Shown piece after piece: positions 58,644-64,000 of a stretch of DNA of 64,000 nt. The position numbers were made by a program, and so were the translations under genes. The notes under the pieces were generated by a model. That model ran no database searches and was not told the DNA's origin. It saw only the letters and a program-made list of their open reading frames with translations. How positions within the stretch are numbered: the stretch's first letter is position 1; each line of letters opens with the position of its first letter. This stretch comes from Gemmatimonadales bacterium (lineage in GTDB: Bacteria > Gemmatimonadota > Gemmatimonadetes > Gemmatimonadales > GWC2-71-9), in NCBI GenBank assembly GCA_035763805.1, contig DASUAL010000077.1:9461-73460 (forward strand), in the 5' to 3' direction.

Positions 58644-59756
58644 TCACAGGAGCGTCTTCGGATCCGTGTACGCGAGACCGAACGCCTCGGCCACGGCGGG
58701 ATAGACGACCTTCCCCTCGATCACGTTGAGCCCGAGAAACAGCGCGGGATCGTCCCTGCAGGCGTTCTTCCAGCCGTTCCGGGCGAGCTTCTTGGCGTAC
58801 GGGAACGTAGCGTTGGTCAGGCCGAGGGTCGAGGTGCGCGGCACGCCGCCCGGCATGTTCGCCACGGCGTAATGGATGATGCCGTCCACGACATACGTCG
58901 GGTTCTCGTGCGTCGTGGGTCTGATGGTCTCGATGCACCCGCCCTGGTCCACGGCGACGTCCACGACCACCGAGCCCGGCTTCATGAGCTTCAGGTCGTC
59001 GCGCTTCACGAGCTTCGGCGCCTTGGCGCCGGGCAGTAGCACCGCCCCGATGACGACATCGGCCTTGCGCAGCTGCTCGAGCAGATTGTGGCGGTTGGAG
59101 TAGAGGAGATCGACATTCGGCGGGAGTACATCGGCGAGGTAGCGCAGGCGGTCGAGCGAGAGGTCGAGCAGCGTGACGCGCGCCCCCAGACCAGCCGCCA
59201 TCTTGGCGGCGTTGGCGCCGACGACCCCGCCACCCAGGATGAGCACCTCGGCGGGGAGCACGCCGGGCACGCCGCCCAACAGGATGCCGCTCCCTCCGTA
59301 CACCTTCTCCAGGTATTTGGCACCCTCTTGCACCGCCATGCGCCCGGCCACCTCGCTCATCGGCGTGAGCAGCGGCAGCTCGCCCGACGGCAACTGCACC
59401 GTCTCGTAGGCGATCGCGATGATCCGGGACTCGATGACGGCCTGCGTGAGCGCTTCGGACGCGGCGAAGTGGAAGTAGGTGAATACGACCTGCCCTTTGC
59501 GCATGCACGGCCACTCGGGCTCGATCGGCTCCTTCACCTTGACGATCATCTCGGCCCTGGCCCAGACGTCCGCCGCCTTGGGAACGAGCGTCGCGCCGAC
59601 CGCCTGGTAGGCGTCGTCGGGAAAGCCCGATCCCACCCCCGCGCCCTGCTCGACCAGCACGATGTGCCCGTCGCCGCGTAGCGACTCCGCCCCCGCCGGC
59701 ACCAGCGCCACGCGATGCTCGGCGGTCTTGATCTCTTTCGGCACCCCGACGATCAT
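58644..59756 (-). CDS. ald: Alanine dehydrogenase
   Basis: [52 protein letters not shown]. Confidence 0.97.
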   Translation of the reverse strand: MIVGVPKEIKTAEHRVALVPAGAESLRGDGHIVLVEQGAGVGSGFPDDAYQAVGATLVPKAADVWARAEMIVKVKEPIEPEWPCMRKGQVVFTYFHFAASEALTQAVIESRIIAIAYETVQLPSGELPLLTPMSEVAGRMAVQEGAKYLEKVYGGSGILLGGVPGVLPAEVLILGGGVVGANAAKMAAGLGARVTLLDLSLDRLRYLADVLPPNVDLLYSNRHNLLEQLRKADVVIGAVLLPGAKAPKLVKRDDLKLMKPGSVVVDVAVDQGGCIETIRPTTHENPTYVVDGIIHYAVANMPGGVPRTSTLGLTNATFPYAKKLARNGWKNACRDDPALFLGLNVIEGKVVYPAVAEAFGLAYTDPKTLL

Positions 59757-59763
59757 GAGCACC

Positions 59764-59849
59764 CCGTTGTACGTCGTACGTTGTACGTCACACGAGGCGC
59801 GTCATCCGACGTCGCATCGTACAACGGAGCGTCGTAGCGTCGCATAACG
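59764..59849. repeat. Degenerate inverted heptamer-array hairpin (CGTTGTA)n...(TACAACG)
   Basis: CGTTGTA-CGTCGTA-CGTTGTA-CGTCACA. Perfect 10-bp IR CCGTTGTACG/CGTACAACGG (59764-73 / 59818-27). Confidence 0.65.
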
Positions 59850-59853
59850 CCTC

Positions 59854-61124
59854 TTAACCTCTGCTGTCCGGGCCAAGCCACACGACCGTTTGTCGACCCG
59901 GATCGAAGAACTCCGCCGCCGCGCCCGCGATCTGGTCTTGCGTGAGCCCGCCGACGGTGGCGAGCACCTGGTCGAGACTCTGATACGCCTCCCCGTGGAT
60001 CGGAAAGGCCGCCAGACGATACATCCGCGCGGAGGGACTCTCCAGGGAGAGCATCAGCTGTCCCTGGGTCTGCTGCTTCGCCTCGGCGAGGGCGTCGGGT
60101 GAAAGCCCCTCCCGCGCGAGCTTGGCGTACTCTTCGCGAATCGCCTCCACGGCCTGCGCCGCCGTCTTGGCCTGTGTGCCGACGTACACCCCCGCCACGC
60201 CGATCTGACGGTAGAAGCTCGTGAACGCGTAGATCGCGTACGCGAGCCCCAACTCTTCGCGGATCCGCTGGAACAGGCGGCTCGACATCCCGCCGCCGAA
60301 CACGTTACCGAGCACGAGGAGCTCGTACTTGCGCCGGTCGGCGTAGGGAACGGTGTCGGTCGCGAACACGATATGCGTCTGGGCCGTGTCCTTGGCGTGC
60401 CGAGCCTCGGCGCCGCGGACGGCGGGGAGCACGGGGGCTGGCGCGGGCGGCTCCTGCCTCCCGTTTCCCGTCTCCCGATCGAACCACCCTTGCTTGCCGA
60501 GCTCGTCCAGCAGTCGCTCGTGCTCCAGGTTCCCCGCCGCCGCGATCACGCAGTTCCCGGGGAAGTAGGCGCGCCGGTGCAAGTGCTTTAGATCGTCGGC
60601 GGAGAGTGCGCTCACCGTGTGGCGCGTGCCGAGGATCGTGTAGCCGTAGGGATGCTCGGGCCAGAGCGTCTGATAGGACAGGTCGAACACCTGGTCGTCG
60701 GGCGTGTCGTCGACGGTGTTGATCTCCTCGAGCACGACGTTGCGCTCGAGCTCGAGGTCGCTGGACCGCAGGACGGGGTTTGTGACGAGGTCGGTGAGGA
60801 TGTCGAGGGCGCGCGGCAGGTCGGCGTCGAGCACGCGCGCGTGAAACGCGGTGGTGTCGCGCGAGGTGTAGGCGTCGAGCGAGCCGCCGCGGGACTCGAG
60901 CGCCAGCGCGATCTGCTGCGCCGTGCGCCGCTCGGTCCCCTTGAACACCATGTGCTCGAGCAGGTGCGACACGCCCATTTTGGGGCGCGGCTCGTGCGCG
61001 CTGGCGCTGCGCACCCAGATGCCGACCGCCGCCGAGCGGACGCTCGGCACGTGTTCGGACAGGACCGTGACGCCGTTCGCTGCGGTGGTCTGGAAGATCT
61101 CCCGGTCGAGTCGGACCGTCTCCA

Positions 61125-61128
<4 letters not shown>
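59854..61128 (-). CDS. M16 (pitrilysin) family zinc peptidase
   Basis: GVSHLLEHMVFKGT (HxxEH), NAYTS-like DAYTS, GGMSSRLF..IRE..GLAY. Confidence 0.93.
60451..60478 (-). repeat. In-frame heptamer array inside the M16 peptidase
   Basis: Minus strand TCGGGAG-ACGGGAA-ACGGGAG-GCAGGAG, encoding RETGNGRQE. Confidence 0.6.
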
Positions 61129-63227
<2,099 letters not shown>

Positions 63228-63262
63228 TCTGTCGCCTGTCTAGAGCACATAGAAATACGCCA

Positions 63263-63290
63263 GGCGTCCCGGTGCTCTGGCCGGGACGCC
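63263..63290 (-). terminator. GC-rich hairpin between rpsO and pnp (terminator or processing stem)
   Basis: Perfect 10-bp stem GGCGTCCCGG/CCGGGACGCC with an 8-nt loop. Only a weak U-tract. Confidence 0.5.
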
Positions 63291-63309
63291 CAGCGCGACG
63301 CCTCGTGCA

Positions 63310-63567
63310 TTAGTGGCGGAGACCCAGCTCGTCGATGAGCTGCCGATAGCGCTCCAGGTCCGTACGCTTCAGGTACTCCAGCAGCCGGCGACGCTTGCTG
63401 ACCATCTTCAGCAAGCCGCGCTGGCCGTGAAAGTCCTTCCCGTGGACCCGGAAGTGATCGGTGAGGCTGTTGATCCGCTCGGTGAGCAGCGCGACCTGGA
63501 CCGGGGCCGACCCCGTGTCTCCCTCGTGCCGCCCGTACTTCCTGACCGGCGTCGTCTTGTCGTACAT
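63310..63567 (-). CDS. rpsO: 30S ribosomal protein S15
   Basis: [38 protein letters not shown]. Confidence 0.97.
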   Translation of the reverse strand: MYDKTTPVRKYGRHEGDTGSAPVQVALLTERINSLTDHFRVHGKDFHGQRGLLKMVSKRRRLLEYLKRTDLERYRQLIDELGLRH

Positions 63568-63600
63568 CTGTTCCAGTTCCCTAATTATTGAGAGCGCACT

Positions 63601-63629
63601 AACTTAGACGGCCAGCGCGCGTTTGTAAA
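63601..63629 (-). promoter_or_regulatory. Sigma70-type promoter of rpsO
   Basis: TTTACA-N17-TAAGTT on the minus strand. Confidence 0.5.
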
Positions 63630-63636
63630 GCCCCGC

Positions 63637-64000
63637 ATGGAACACACGCCTACCGACCTCGTGGGCCGTACCGTCGGCCCCTACCAGCTGGAGCGTTTGC
63701 TGGGACAGGGCGGATTCGCCTGGGTGTTCGTCGGCCGTGAGGCCGACGGCACGCCGGTGGCCGTCAAGGTCCTGAAGCCCCGCTACGCCGGCGAGCCCCA
63801 ATTCGAAAGCCGGTTCCTGAACGAGGCCGAAACGGCGGCCAAGCTGCAACACCCGAACATCATCCGCATCCGGGCCGTGGCCCGCGCCGGAGTGCACGTG
63901 TACTTCGCCATGGACCTGTGCGCCGACAGTCTCGCGGCCCGCATCGTGCGCGAGGGCCCGCTCCCAGAGGCCGACATCATCCGCATCGCACTCGACGTCA
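63637..64000 (+). CDS. Hanks-type Ser/Thr protein kinase, partial
   Basis: Manual translation: YQLERLLGQGGFAWVF...VAVKVLK...RFLNEAETAAKLQHPNII. Runs off the window. Confidence 0.9.
   Translation, partial: MEHTPTDLVGRTVGPYQLERLLGQGGFAWVFVGREADGTPVAVKVLKPRYAGEPQFESRFLNEAETAAKLQHPNIIRIRAVARAGVHVYFAMDLCADSLAARIVREGPLPEADIIRIALDV

Noticed and set aside
63568-63600. S15 autoregulatory leader upstream of rpsO
   Set aside because: The predicted leader is only about 30 nt and no structure could be supported by eye.

Overview
High-GC bacterial chromosome segment. It is probably Gemmatimonadota, inferred from gene content and style; this is not proven. Most of the window is housekeeping DNA in long, translationally coupled operons: trpD/[lexA]/trpC-trpB-HEAT-HD-GYP-trpA-MCP-folK-panB-panC; truA-fsa-purB-purC-psd-pssA-purS-purQ-purL-purF-ppdK; dusB-larB-diguanylate cyclase-ssrA; mreBCD-mrdA-rodA-accD-folC-hisS-proS-lysA-guaA; ferredoxin-geranylgeranyl reductase-fabI; rpsO-pnp-M16 peptidase-ald. 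There is a decayed stretch 3' of tmRNA and a pseudogene-rich accessory region at about 51.5-58.6 kb. Highlights: (1) Long hairpins built from inverted arrays of 7-bp units sit just after stop codons. Four are empty and one encloses a four-helix-bundle (23S-IVP/Avd-like) gene, suggesting a loaded/empty cassette system; 7-mer arrays also occur in frame inside purL and the M16 peptidase. (2) An HD-GYP phosphodiesterase with the RxxQ signature of cGAMP-preferring enzymes is paired with a HEAT protein that shares its N-terminal domain, and both lie between trpB and trpA. (3) lexA sits antisense inside the trp cluster, with a tandem direct-repeat candidate SOS box. (4) Several leaderless sigma70 promoters, one fully symmetric bidirectional promoter, and probable CTG starts. 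No CRISPR array, rRNA, tRNA or intact transposase/integrase was seen.
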